A stretch of DNA of 64,000 bases from Trypanosoma brucei. Its lineage: Eukaryota. Under the pieces are notes generated by a model. It worked only from the letters and a program-made list of their open reading frames with translations. It was not told the DNA's origin and ran no database searches. The stretch spans positions 416,001 to 480,000 of the forward strand of contig CP000066.1 in NCBI GenBank assembly GCA_000002445.1, in the 5' to 3' direction. The stretch's first letter is position 1; the number at the start of each line of letters is the position of its first letter. Positions 30,786-41,501 of this stretch are shown here, one piece after another. Both the position numbers and the translations under genes were made by a program.

Positions 30786-32276
30786 CTATCGTATAACTAA
30801 CCCTTTTGAATCCGCGGCGAACACCGTGTGGTTTTCACTAAACAATCGCTGCAATGCTTCTACATATTTCGCATGCCATATTTGTACCTCCTCTGCCGTT
30901 GGCTCGGGTATTCTTGGCACCTCGATGGGTTCACCAAACACAACAGTGATGGGGCAACGGTGCGGTGACAAGCCAAAACCATAATTGAACCAACCGCGAC
31001 CCTTCACAAGCGGTATTGCAAATCGCGTGTACTTCCTCACTAACCCTTCCACTCGCCTCCAAGCATTGGACTCGGCGAAGCGGGGAATTCTATACACATC
31101 GTTCTCGCCAAATCCATACACGGGCACCAGTGATGTACCCTCTTGTAATGCAATCCGAACAAACCCCTTGCGGTCCTGCAATGCTACCTCGTTTCTCTTT
31201 GGTCGCGCCAGTAGACTTTCTTTTGCTCCGCCAACCACAAGTGCCACACACTCACCAGGGCCTTTGCGTAACGTGTCACGAATGCATTGAGCGCTTGCAT
31301 CCCCACAACCTCCAGCAACCGCAAGTTCACGCCAGAATGGAATGTAGAAGTTCAATTTGAGCGTTTGAAGGTGAATGCGGATTCCGGGGAGAATAGTCCT
31401 CAGGTTCATAGTGTCCAACATGAAGCAAGATAAGGCTCCAAAAGAATTAATGCCATGAGGATGGTAAATGAATAAGTAGTTTTTATTAGAATCAAACTGA
31501 CAGCGTACCTTTTGCGGCACGACGAGGCGCACCGGGAAATAGTTGGTGAAGTGATGCCATATACCGAGGCTCATGAGCGCATCCTTCTTCTTCAAGGGAT
31601 GTTTCGGTCTTCCGATTGTGAAAATGTACAGTACGTATAAAATAACAAACACCATGGTCACTTGGTTCACCATCATTACTACAATCAGCATCAGACTAAG
31701 AGAAACATACGCAAAGAAGTTGAATACGGAAACAGCCAAAGTCTGAAGCCGACGTTCCAGTGGAATGCCGAATATTCGCCATCCGGTGTTCATCGCCTCT
31801 GCCAAATCGTGCACAACATCAAAAGTATGTGCTTCTGGTCGCTCCTCAACGCATTTCTCCAACTTGACGAGCTCCTCGTCGCAACTTAGCGCCTTAGCAT
31901 CTTGTCGTTTGAGACCCATATCATCGCTACAATTAACTTGTACAGAGCTGCCACTGCTTAATGGCCTGTCGACGGTACTTGTCTCCGAAGTCTCAAGTCC
32001 ATCCAAACTACCAGTTCTGCTTGAATTGTCCCTGCGCAGCTTCTGTGTCTCGCCCACTGCTAGCCAATATGCTTTTCGTAACTTAAGAACCTCACGGTGT
32101 GTGAGCCGGACTCCGCTAGTTTTGAGGTCTTCCAAACGCTTACAGGCTTCGATAATCAAATCAAGTTGTCTGTGCATCTCCTCAACCGTCGCAGGAGGAG
32201 TTGGGTCGAACTCTGCATTGTAACTTGATGCGCTTTCAGCGCTGATCTTTTGAAGCATCACTTCAAACCTACGCAC
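30786..32276 (-). CDS. Diacylglycerol O-acyltransferase 2 family (DGAT2/MGAT) acyltransferase with ~170-aa N-terminal extension
   Basis: The family-defining 'HPHG' motif appears in 'YLFIYHPHGINSFGALSCF'. A second hallmark is 'PVYGFGENDVYR'. The C-terminal block is 'GRGWFNYGFGLSPHRCPITVVFGEPIEVP', and predicted TM segments lie upstream. The N-terminal approximately 170 aa are hydrophilic or coiled-coil and are not typical of DGAT2. Confidence 0.85.
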   Translation of the reverse strand: MRRFEVMLQKISAESASSYNAEFDPTPPATVEEMHRQLDLIIEACKRLEDLKTSGVRLTHREVLKLRKAYWLAVGETQKLRRDNSSRTGSLDGLETSETSTVDRPLSSGSSVQVNCSDDMGLKRQDAKALSCDEELVKLEKCVEERPEAHTFDVVHDLAEAMNTGWRIFGIPLERRLQTLAVSVFNFFAYVSLSLMLIVVMMVNQVTMVFVILYVLYIFTIGRPKHPLKKKDALMSLGIWHHFTNYFPVRLVVPQKVRCQFDSNKNYLFIYHPHGINSFGALSCFMLDTMNLRTILPGIRIHLQTLKLNFYIPFWRELAVAGGCGDASAQCIRDTLRKGPGECVALVVGGAKESLLARPKRNEVALQDRKGFVRIALQEGTSLVPVYGFGENDVYRIPRFAESNAWRRVEGLVRKYTRFAIPLVKGRGWFNYGFGLSPHRCPITVVFGEPIEVPRIPEPTAEEVQIWHAKYVEALQRLFSENHTVFAADSKGLVIR

Positions 32277-32614
32277 ACAAACGTAAGTGTCCCTAATAAA
32301 CTATGTACGCGCGTATACGCTTCTTTTCTTCCTCCTCTGCCTCAGTGGATGACCATGAAAGACAACCGAACAAAATGAAGCAAGGGATCAGATGGTGTGA
32401 TGGCGAACCATACACGCGGAACCGACGCCTCCTCGGTCGTAAGTACGAGGGAAAAGAAAAATAATAAACAAAATAGCACCCTCGAACTTAAATGTGTTTA
32501 TATGAATAATAGCCGCTTCGATAGAATGTGTAAAAAAAAAAACAAAAACACCATATTTCCTTGCATTTTGTACACGTCATTTGACACGTCGCAATCTACC
32601 CGCAAACGATAGTG

Positions 32615-33853
32615 TCAAACATGCTTCACACTTTCCTCAGAGGTGTCTAACTCATCCTCATCGTCATCCAAGTCATCGTCGTGTTGTTCGTTTTCGGTTG
32701 CTACCCCTTCTTTGGCTTCAGCCATTTCCTTTGCCGCAACCTCTTCCATTTCTGCTTCAATTTCCTCGACATGCATGGCAATCGCTTCCTGCCACTCCGC
32801 AGGGAGTGATGAAGTGTCGGAAGCATTAACAGTGTCAAGTAACCGCTCGCCCAGCATTGCACACGCCATATCGATAACATCAGTCTGAAACTGACGCATA
32901 TCCTCCGCGTTTTTCCGCCGCAGCGGTTCATGGAACTCATAAGAGTGCTTTAAGCTCTGGACAAAATGCTCTTCCATGGCCTCGAGGCGCTTGTCAACAA
33001 GAACCGCCTGCTCCGCCTCACGATCATATGTTGCTTCATCTGCATCCTGAATTGGTGTATCTTTTAAGGGATCGCCAACCTCAAGTTCATCGTTTACTGG
33101 AGGAATAGACATCAATATACCGCTTTCTAAGCTCATGCGTTTCTCCTCCATCTCCCCAGTCTCCTTGTTTCGTACCTTAACCATTTCGATATTGCATATT
33201 TCATTCGTGGATGGATCCACATGCCGTACCCGTGTCACACTAATTGGGTGCTCACGTTGAACTATTTGTTCCGGCCGCGACTCTGATGCCGGTATTACAA
33301 CATCTTGGACATTAATATTCTGCACAACAATTTCATTCTTATATTTGATTACAGCGATGATGGTACCACGCTGTCCAATGCCTTCGCCACTAACTACTTC
33401 CACAATATCACCTGGGTACCAAATCCATGGTGAAATCTCAAAATCAGGAGCAAAGTATTTATAACGGGCTGCTAATTGCTGTTTCTGGTGCTTTTCGAGG
33501 TCCCTTCGCAACCATTGGTTGTGATACGTGTGATCCTGATAAAAATCTCGCTCTCTCGGGTGTCGCATCGACTCCAGCAGCTCGAGACGCTCACGATCAC
33601 GCAAGTCTACAGTTTCATCACTATAAGTTCCTTTTAAAAGGCCACGTTTCACTTTGGGGCGACGCATCACATTTGGATCAACATTATATGCAAGCGCTGG
33701 TCGAGCGGGTCGAAAATAAAATTTCGATCGAGTCCGGAAACGAGCGTACATTATCGTACTCGCCACACTATTTCCAGCGTACCGACTTCCCACTAACGTA
33801 ATGCTCCCTATATTGCAACACAAACACCAAAAAGGAGAGCTAAATACACACAT
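32615..33853 (-). CDS. Mitochondrial ribosomal protein uL24-like (KOW domain) with acidic C-terminal tail
   Basis: The KOW motif 'GDIVEVVSGEGIGQRGTIIAVIKYKNEIVVQNINV' is followed by a beta-rich segment collinear with bacterial L24. A long Asp/Glu-rich C-terminus follows. The true start may be a downstream Met ('MYARFRTRSK...'), giving a basic presequence. Confidence 0.55.
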   Translation of the reverse strand: MCVFSSPFWCLCCNIGSITLVGSRYAGNSVASTIMYARFRTRSKFYFRPARPALAYNVDPNVMRRPKVKRGLLKGTYSDETVDLRDRERLELLESMRHPRERDFYQDHTYHNQWLRRDLEKHQKQQLAARYKYFAPDFEISPWIWYPGDIVEVVSGEGIGQRGTIIAVIKYKNEIVVQNINVQDVVIPASESRPEQIVQREHPISVTRVRHVDPSTNEICNIEMVKVRNKETGEMEEKRMSLESGILMSIPPVNDELEVGDPLKDTPIQDADEATYDREAEQAVLVDKRLEAMEEHFVQSLKHSYEFHEPLRRKNAEDMRQFQTDVIDMACAMLGERLLDTVNASDTSSLPAEWQEAIAMHVEEIEAEMEEVAAKEMAEAKEGVATENEQHDDDLDDDEDELDTSEESVKHV

Positions 33854-34889
33854 ACATTCGGGCCATTAATAGAGGGAAGGTGAAGGATCATTGAGAAACT
33901 GCTGAACAGGACATCATGCAACCGAAGCAACGTTGTGAAGCATAGAGTATGTTTGATCAAACAAAGCAGTGTGTGCTCGTGAATAATATTGAACAAGGGT
34001 GGTAAAAAAAAAAAAACAGCAAATTATCGCCATGAAATATAACTTTCACGGCATATGAACCACGTGCCATCCAGCCCTCACGGGGCTGCAGGGAAAGATA
34101 AATACGGCTCAGACTTGAAACCACATAGAAATGCGCGCATGCGGTCACGTATAAGTTTCGAACCATCGGCACAGTGAAACCAATCCCACACGCCTGGCAT
34201 TTAAGTACTTGAATATTGATTAAAAGCGGTGCATTCCTCAGGTAAAGTAAAAAGGTAGTTTTCACTTGCACGTCTCATGCGCCTCCCTCACTGATGCAAC
34301 ACCGTGTGAAATGAAAAGTTGAAGCCGAACAGGTCCATGTGTTTAATTCCTCATTAACACTGAAAGAGTAGAAGGTAAACGCAACACAAAATGCGCTGAA
34401 TGGGCGTGACTAACCCATTCGAGTTTGTAACCACAGTTATGGCAACACCCAATCCCCTTCAGATATCGTAGCGTATTCGTTTCATCGCTTGTAGCTCCCT
34501 TGAATCTGGGAAAAAATTTTTTAAAAAGTAATTTCAGGAAGCATTGCCATCCTTCTCACACCTTTATTCACACTTCCCCCAACGACAAGTGCAAAAAAAA
34601 AAAAGAAATGAAATTACAGCTCGGTTCTTGACGTAATTGCACGCCACTGTAATAATGAACCTCGGATCAGTGACAATATCCCGCACGTGTTGGGATTAAA
34701 GTCAACACGAGGTAACAAAAAATTTCACAAAATAGCTTGTTGCGAAGACTACTAATACTTCCCACAATGGAATTAAAAAAAAAAAAACGTCACTTGTCGA
34801 TTTATTTATTTATTTCCCCTTCAACCCACTACCCACTCCTTGCGTTCGTGTGAAGACTCCACTCACCATCCCTCTCCATTTCATTTCAT

Positions 34890-34930
<41 letters not shown>

Positions 34931-35198
34931 ATGTATTGATGTACTTATTTATCACTTCCTCTCGTTCATGCGTTAATACACACACAAGCACGGAAAAGTA
35001 AGGGATGTCGAGTACATGAAAAAAGACATCCAAAGGAGAAACTTCTTCCGTTGGCGCACGTGACTCCCTTCTATTTGTTTTCACTTTCTCACAGAACCTT
35101 CACATATCTAATGCACACAGACACACGCATATATATATATATATATATATATATCTTTTATATCACTTAATTCCACTGTGCAACATTTCGCAGAGTCC

Positions 35199-35528
35199 CT
35201 ACCAGAATTTCCACCAGAATTTAGTCTTATCCACATTGCGGTGTTTTTCCATGCACGTCATGTACCCACGCAATTCCTTCTGACAAAACATCAACGAAGT
35301 CTTTGCTGTAATCCTATCCGTAGGTTCCTTCATTACCGCATGCTCCTCGAAACAAGTAAAGAACTGATTTGTCTCCTCCGTACATTCCTTCACTGTGGTG
35401 GGGAAGTATTGCGGTAAGCGTAAAATAAGTGTGTCACCAGTTGCATCTTCAGAAGTACTGCCACGATCCAAAACGTCAGCCATCACTAGCCGCCGAGTTT
35501 CAGCCGTCGATATCCACCGGCAAGTCAC
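35199..35528 (-). CDS. Twin Cx9C (CHCH-domain) protein, COX17/COX19/CMC family-like
   Basis: Two exact Cx9C motifs are present, 'CTEETNQFFTC' and 'CQKELRGYMTC'. An alternative start at the Met at nt 35483 ('MADVLDRG...') would give a 94-aa protein. Confidence 0.6.
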   Translation of the reverse strand: MTCRWISTAETRRLVMADVLDRGSTSEDATGDTLILRLPQYFPTTVKECTEETNQFFTCFEEHAVMKEPTDRITAKTSLMFCQKELRGYMTCMEKHRNVDKTKFWWKFW

Positions 35529-35555
35529 GATTGTTTCCCTCTCCTCCTAAATTTT

Positions 35556-35587
35556 AATAATAATAATAATTATTATTATTATTATTA
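35556..35587. repeat. Palindromic (TAA)5/(TTA)6 microsatellite
   Basis: The sequence 'ttaataataataataattattattattattattac' is self-complementary about its centre. It lies just upstream of the CHCH gene. Confidence 0.9.
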
Positions 35588-36165
35588 CACCAATATACAC
35601 CTTTCCTTCTTGTATATTCACAAATCACCTCAGCCTTTATGAGCTTTACTACTGGTACCCCACTTTGCCTTCGTTTTTTTTTGTTTTGTTTCTCTTCGTT
35701 TTCAACAAATGAGTCTCTCAAATCCCTTCAACCGCTGTCAGTCCGCTGCGTCCTGCGGTGAAAGAACAAGAGATCAATAAACAAATAATCGATAAATGAT
35801 GGCAGACGGAAACAACCACGTAAAAAAATAAATAAATATATGTATAGTTTTCTAATTTGTTTCTTCCTTGCACCTATTCGTTGTAATTATATGCACAAAA
35901 AGATGTGATACGAAAAGGAAACAAAGCAAAAAGAAAAAATTTGTCACAACGCGTGGCAGCACGACAGAAACAGAATGGGTTCATATTTCTTTCGGATAAA
36001 AAAAAAAGAAATTAGTGTGACGAAACCAACTGTGATTCACAAACGGTAGACACTCCCCCTCCTCCCCCAATAAACACACACACACACACACACCTCAACG
36101 TAAGTGAAGTAACGCAAGAACAAAAACATCCCCCCATAACAAAACAAAACAAAAACGACAATACC

Positions 36166-36966
36166 TCACGTCGCCCGTCCGCCAAAAGCTGCGGTACCAT
36201 CGGGTTTTATCACCACCTTCACTTTATCATTCACCTGCACCGAGTCGTTCACACCAATTATACCATCGCACTCAACAAATGCTGCCATTTTGTACATTCC
36301 TTTCAGCGTGAGTTTTTCCACCGTGTAGGTGTAATTACTTGGCATAACAACCTCAGACCAAATATCTTTTTCATTCGGGGACTCATCATCATCAGGCATG
36401 ATGTGCAGCACATCAACAGGCATACCACAGCAAAGAAACTTCTGCTGTAATTCCGGCAGCGAATCACCAGGAATGTTTACCTCCTTTCCCGCATCACTAC
36501 TATGCTCAGGATATACAAAACACGCCATATCATCATCATCGAAACCACTGAACAGCAACCGCACGCGTTCGGCGCGAGCCTCAGCAAAATCATGCCCGTG
36601 ACCAGCTGTTACTTCTTTTTTACGGCCGGTTCCCACTTCTGTGAGTTTGATATTAAATGAAGCAGCATTTTGTCCCTTTTGCGACCGCGTGTTGGCGAGG
36701 ACGCGATAATAACGCTTGTCCACCTTCAGAATCATTCCGGCTCGCACCCTATCGGCAAAGACGCCCCGCTGCGAGCACAAAAGTGGCGATGCCGGTCGCG
36801 CCATGTGGCCATAATTATTGAGAACCGCTAACGAAGGCCTTCCAAAGAGGGAGCGAAGCATCGAAAAACTAACGAATGTTTTGTGCTGGGTGAAACTGAA
36901 GTAATGATTTCGTTCCGTTACCGTAGCTCCCTTTATGTTTCCTTTTTTTTTTCTTTGTAATATCAC
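36166..36966 (-). CDS. Elongation factor P (EF-P) family protein with N-terminal presequence-like extension (putative organellar EF-P)
   Basis: Domain I 'RAGMILKVDKRYYRVLANTRSQKGQNAASFNIKLTEVGTGRKKEV' aligns with bacterial EF-P '[45 protein letters not shown]'. Domain II ('RLLFSGFDDDDMACFVYPEHS') and domain III ('KMAAFVECDGIIGVNDSVQVNDKVKVVIKPDG') follow. The N-terminal approximately 55 aa are basic or hydroxylated ('MLRSLFGRPSLAVLNNYGHMARPASPL'). Confidence 0.6.
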   Translation of the reverse strand: MILQRKKKGNIKGATVTERNHYFSFTQHKTFVSFSMLRSLFGRPSLAVLNNYGHMARPASPLLCSQRGVFADRVRAGMILKVDKRYYRVLANTRSQKGQNAASFNIKLTEVGTGRKKEVTAGHGHDFAEARAERVRLLFSGFDDDDMACFVYPEHSSDAGKEVNIPGDSLPELQQKFLCCGMPVDVLHIMPDDDESPNEKDIWSEVVMPSNYTYTVEKLTLKGMYKMAAFVECDGIIGVNDSVQVNDKVKVVIKPDGTAAFGGRAT

Positions 36967-37790
36967 TTGGCTTATGTTTCAGCAATACAAATCTTTGATA
37001 CCGCTCCTCCTTCTCTCCCCGCTTCTCTATCAGTCAAAAGAAAAAGGCTTAGGTTTCTGAGATCTGCGAGCGCGTAGAAATGAAGTGACGGCAAAAGGCT
37101 CCTTCCCCTGATGTTGTGAGCGTTGTCCTGGGGAAGCACCTTTTTAGAGAAAATTTTTTGTTTAGTTTCAAGTGTTAGAGAGGAAGATACAGCAAAGAGG
37201 AAAAATAAAAAGAAAGAAAGAGAGAGGGGAGGAGAAAGCAACGGTACAGGAAACAGGACCACCAATTAAGCAAAAGGAGAAGTGAAGGATGTGAAACTGA
37301 AAACAGACAGACGCTTCCCAATAGAGGAGATGATAAAGGGACAAGCCGCTACATGTTCCACCCCCACAACAACTGGAGAAGCTGTATTGCACTACAGTAG
37401 TTGTTATTATTCATACATTACATCAAAAAATTCGAGTAAAGTTACACAAACAACGGTAGCGCAGCGCAGCACAGCGATGAGAAGAAGAAAGGAGAGAAGA
37501 GGAATTTGTCACAAAGCGAGTGTAGAGCTCGCATGGACGCGGAAAACAGAACAATACGCAGCGGGTGTTTCTCCCTTTTATTTGATTTTTGTTTTGTGTT
37601 GCATTTCTTCCTGATTTCCGCGTTTCGTCACACACTATACCCTTCCTCTTAATTGAGTACTCCAAGCCCCTCCTCTCTCCACATCACATCTGACTTCCGT
37701 CACCCCAACTTCCCTCACACACACAAAAATACAAAAGTCCCATCAAATCCCAAAGACATTTCCTCCCCCTTTTTTTTGTTGTTGTTGTCA

Positions 37791-39842
37791 TTACTTAACC
37801 AACTCAGGGAGAACTGGCAGTGGGCCTTCATGACTCACACGCTTCCGCACCAGTCTTCGAATGGACCGTGGGCCCTTTCCGCCATAATCGCATGTAAAAC
37901 TGACAAAATCTAAAGTAATGCCGTTAAGTTCGAAAGTTTTCTTGTGCCGCGTCCTCGAAAGAAACGAGTGCTCCGTCAGCAAGGCGAACCTTCGAGGCAT
38001 GGACTCCCACATGGCGTGCTTAATAACGCCCTCAACGGGATCAATCATCTGCACTGGATTTGTGCAAACCTGCCAGTTCACACTTCCATCCTCTATCGTG
38101 CTCTTTACCTGAGAGCTACGTTTAACTTCAAAGTAATGATCTACATATTGTGCGCGAACAAGCGTTGCAGGATTGAGCCGAAGACGGTCTTGCATACGGA
38201 CGGTCAAATATGAATGAATCGCGACATAACGCGACCGTCGAGCAACCTCTAGCATTTCCCCACGAAGCTTCTTGGCGACCACCTTAGCCACTGCCTGGTC
38301 ATCTTCCGGAATAACAGCATCTTTTACGCTACCGTGGAGACAACCTATTGAAGAGAGTACAACATGTGTCAAGCCGTTGCGATCGTCATATGCGGTGATA
38401 CTTTTGACGCGAAACATGGAACACATCGGGAGGAGCCATTCCCGATCGTACGGGTGCATGGAGATATCACATATTTCCACCGCATCGGTGACGTCGTGGA
38501 TTTCAAACAGAACGGCGCTATCCGGTACTGCGAACGCCTCTTCATCCAACCAGTTAACATTTGGTCGTACCATTGTAAAGCATGGAAACATATACCAATC
38601 ACCGTCAGGTATGCTTCGTAAGTATCGAAGCTCCTCTTGTGGTAATTCCTTCACACCATAAAACAATGGAGGGCGAGCCGTGTGCGGCGGTGCGGAAGGC
38701 GATTCCCTGTGCAGGACCAGCAGCAACACAGAGGCGGTATATTCCCACTTCTTCATTCCCTCCGCATCCCCAATACGAAAATAACTGTAAATCTCTTGCG
38801 CTACGGATAATTGTGGGGGATCCACCAAAAATGTTCGCGCAATATCGATGGGCTCCATTGTGAGAAGGCGAATGACTAAAAGCACGGGACTGGAAAAGTT
38901 TGGGTACAGCGACCCGTACAACATATTCAGCACATCCTGGAAAACAATGACGGCACCAACCTTCAGACCAAGGTTCTTTGCTATCTCACGCTGCAATGAA
39001 AGTTTGTCCCGCTTTTTGACAGAGGAAATTGCGCCCTCCATAAGAGTTTTCAATAGCAGACCACACTCTTCATACTCGTGAAACACCTCTACGGCGATAT
39101 GCCACTGAAATCCTACCGGATATGGACAGCGCGCATATGCGGACTCGGTTATGTGATCCAATTCCTCAACTGAGAGCTCTTCACCGGCGAATTGATCATC
39201 TTTTTCGAGATCACCTGCTTTGTCCATCACAAGCATGAGATTCTTATACTCGTTGATTTCCTCAATCACCGGTCGCTTTTTAACCTCCTGTGTCGAAAGG
39301 ATAACTTGCTTTAATATTTTCCCATCCTGAGCATGCACGACATCGCCACGTATCTTAAACTTAGAGGCATTCAGCGCGACCTTATCAGGGGAAACCAATC
39401 CGAGTGCAAATGGAATGGAAATTGAAACATGTTGATCCATTTCTATACGCCGGACGCACTTAAGTAATACTGTTTGTTTTTGTGACGCCCTCTTGTCACC
39501 CCTTACGCCATCCCCAGTCCAAAAACCTTGAAAGTAAGTGGGTAGCAGCCCCCCTTGTGAGTCCAAACATTCCGCAGTAAAGACGGTTGGTTTTGCCTTA
39601 AAACCCGGCAATGAGAGCTGAATGACATCACCCTCAAGAATAGGAACGCTACAACGGAACTGAAGCCCAATTCCTACTTCCACACGGGGGATGGGAGGTG
39701 AAATGGTAAGAACCGTATCCACCACTTCTGCATCTGCTGTTTCTATTGCTTCATTGGTATTCAGTATCCCAACCGGCTGGAATTTGCCTAGACGAGCAAA
39801 CACATCAACAACTGCCTTCTTTTTACCTTTACCCTTAGCCAT
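37791..39842 (-). CDS. Conserved hypothetical protein (683 aa)
   Basis: The 2-kb ORF is intact and has coding-like composition. The N-terminus is basic ('MAKGKGKKKAVVDV'). No diagnostic motifs are recognised. Confidence 0.35.
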   Translation of the reverse strand: MAKGKGKKKAVVDVFARLGKFQPVGILNTNEAIETADAEVVDTVLTISPPIPRVEVGIGLQFRCSVPILEGDVIQLSLPGFKAKPTVFTAECLDSQGGLLPTYFQGFWTGDGVRGDKRASQKQTVLLKCVRRIEMDQHVSISIPFALGLVSPDKVALNASKFKIRGDVVHAQDGKILKQVILSTQEVKKRPVIEEINEYKNLMLVMDKAGDLEKDDQFAGEELSVEELDHITESAYARCPYPVGFQWHIAVEVFHEYEECGLLLKTLMEGAISSVKKRDKLSLQREIAKNLGLKVGAVIVFQDVLNMLYGSLYPNFSSPVLLVIRLLTMEPIDIARTFLVDPPQLSVAQEIYSYFRIGDAEGMKKWEYTASVLLLVLHRESPSAPPHTARPPLFYGVKELPQEELRYLRSIPDGDWYMFPCFTMVRPNVNWLDEEAFAVPDSAVLFEIHDVTDAVEICDISMHPYDREWLLPMCSMFRVKSITAYDDRNGLTHVVLSSIGCLHGSVKDAVIPEDDQAVAKVVAKKLRGEMLEVARRSRYVAIHSYLTVRMQDRLRLNPATLVRAQYVDHYFEVKRSSQVKSTIEDGSVNWQVCTNPVQMIDPVEGVIKHAMWESMPRRFALLTEHSFLSRTRHKKTFELNGITLDFVSFTCDYGGKGPRSIRRLVRKRVSHEGPLPVLPELVK

Positions 39843-40316
39843 CTCACCCTTTTGGTTTCCTCCTGTATTCCTTTCTCCTCAAATATGATGATGTGACTAA
39901 AAATATCCCCTATGCTTATCCCGCACTCTAACTTTGTATGTTCTTGTTTAAAATTGTTTCAGCTGTTGTTCCCTTCCCTTCTCCCCAGCGCCCACAACCG
40001 AATCGGTTTATTGGCTCATAATTAAGAGGGAAAGTATGCAACACCAGCGTAATTAAAGAATAAGGATGAAAAGGATGGATGATCACTCGAACGACATGCC
40101 GCAAATAAATAAAAAAAGGTAAAACAAACACGAAAACTTACGAAAAAAAAACCTTCCAAATAACTCTCACGCATTCATCAGCGCTATTTCCTTCAGTCTT
40201 TTTTTTTAATGATTTCAGAATTTCCTCAACAGGGAAGAAAGGAAGCTGAAAACATTTCATGCAGCACATGCACTCGTGTATGCCTTTACACGATATGAAG
40301 TAATGACACAAATCTT

Positions 40317-40922
40317 CTATGAACCATCTCTATAAGCCACGGATGCACTTACGCTATGAAAACTTGTCGAGAATGAACGCAATGTAACCTCGCTACTCCC
40401 CATAATTAGCCGCGGGTCGCTAAGCTCCCACGAACCGGTTGGAAGCTCCGTGTCGGGATCCGCATAAACCAGCATATCAAAGTAGCATGGACGGTGCAGT
40501 AAAGGAAGATACGAGACTGATGATGTTACTTGACGCAGCACCGCTTGAATCTCCTTCCGAAGCGTGTCATCGGATTTGGAATTAACACCTTCTACCGCCT
40601 CCAGTCCCTGAGTTGCGATGTCAAACACCCACCGCTCGACAACATCGCCTTTTGTCTCTGCATCAACTAAAACTAAAACAAGCTTTCTAAGTTTATCTTG
40701 TGAGACCCACTTTATCACCTGCTGGAGAACTTCTGCAAGATACGAATTAAGCTCTTCATCAACGGATACCATCAGTTGCACACCATATCGGGTGACCTGC
40801 TGAAAACTATCACTAGGGTACACGCCGCGTTGATAAAGTACGCAATAAATAGCAAACCCCAGGAATTCTGTAATAGTAGAGACACTGCTCCTAAAAGTAA
40901 TGGTTTGTAACCTCTCTGCCAT
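40317..40922 (-). CDS. MAD2: MAD2 (mitotic arrest deficient 2), HORMA-domain protein
   Basis: The ORF is collinear with human MAD2 over its whole length. 'ITFRSSVSTITEFLGFAIYCVLYQRGVYPSDSFQQVTRYGVQLMV' corresponds to 'ITLRGSAEIVAEFFSFGINSILYQRGIYPSETFTRVQKYGLTLLV'. 'LRKLVLVLVDAETKGDVVERWVFDI' corresponds to 'VQKLVVVISNIESGEVLERWQFDI'. 'VTLRSFSTSFHSVSASVAY' corresponds to 'VRLRSFTTTIHKVNSMVAY'. Length is 201 aa. Confidence 0.9.
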   Translation of the reverse strand: MAERLQTITFRSSVSTITEFLGFAIYCVLYQRGVYPSDSFQQVTRYGVQLMVSVDEELNSYLAEVLQQVIKWVSQDKLRKLVLVLVDAETKGDVVERWVFDIATQGLEAVEGVNSKSDDTLRKEIQAVLRQVTSSVSYLPLLHRPCYFDMLVYADPDTELPTGSWELSDPRLIMGSSEVTLRSFSTSFHSVSASVAYRDGS

Positions 40923-41099
40923 TTCTTGCGAGATGCAGCACCAATAAACTAGTTTTGGTGTATTTCACTGCGTTTGGTGGAGTGAATGTGTTTTGAATAT
41001 GCGGATTCCCTCTCCCACGATGTATCCTTCCTTTTTTGTTTTGGTTTTCGTTTTGTGTGTTTGCGTGTTTCGGCCACCGCGGTAGGCAGCCGCAGTTAG

Positions 41100-41215
41100 A
41101 AAAAATAATTTAAACTGGTAACCCCAGAAATAACAGCAAAGAGAAGCAAATACACATCACATAAACTCCACACACACCAGAGGGTTAAATAAAGCACAAA
41201 AAAAAGGAGATTGCG
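41100..41215 (-). promoter_or_regulatory. Candidate polypyrimidine tract upstream of MAD2 (read on minus strand)
   Basis: The plus strand is A/G-rich ('aaaaaataatttaaactgg...agcaaagagaagcaaat...aaagcacaaaaaaaaggagattg'), so the minus strand is pyrimidine-rich, about 180-290 nt upstream of the MAD2 ATG. Confidence 0.25.
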
Positions 41216-41501
41216 TTTGTGCGTCAATGATTATCAACACCGCAACTCGTTTTGAAGGATACGCTAACGCTTTTGTTTATTTTAACGAAGCAAAAATAAT
41301 TTTTAAAAAGGAAAAAGAAAAAAAATGAGCCAGTGATCGTTTTTCTTTTTTTCTTTTTTGATACAATCAGTGTAGCATATCTTCAACTAATACTCTGCAC
41401 CCGTCGCTCATATCATTGTCACACAAGAACCCAGTGACTTGGGTGGGTGGAAAATTACAACGAATAAAACGAAACAACTAAAATACAACGTCGTTAGGTT
41501 T

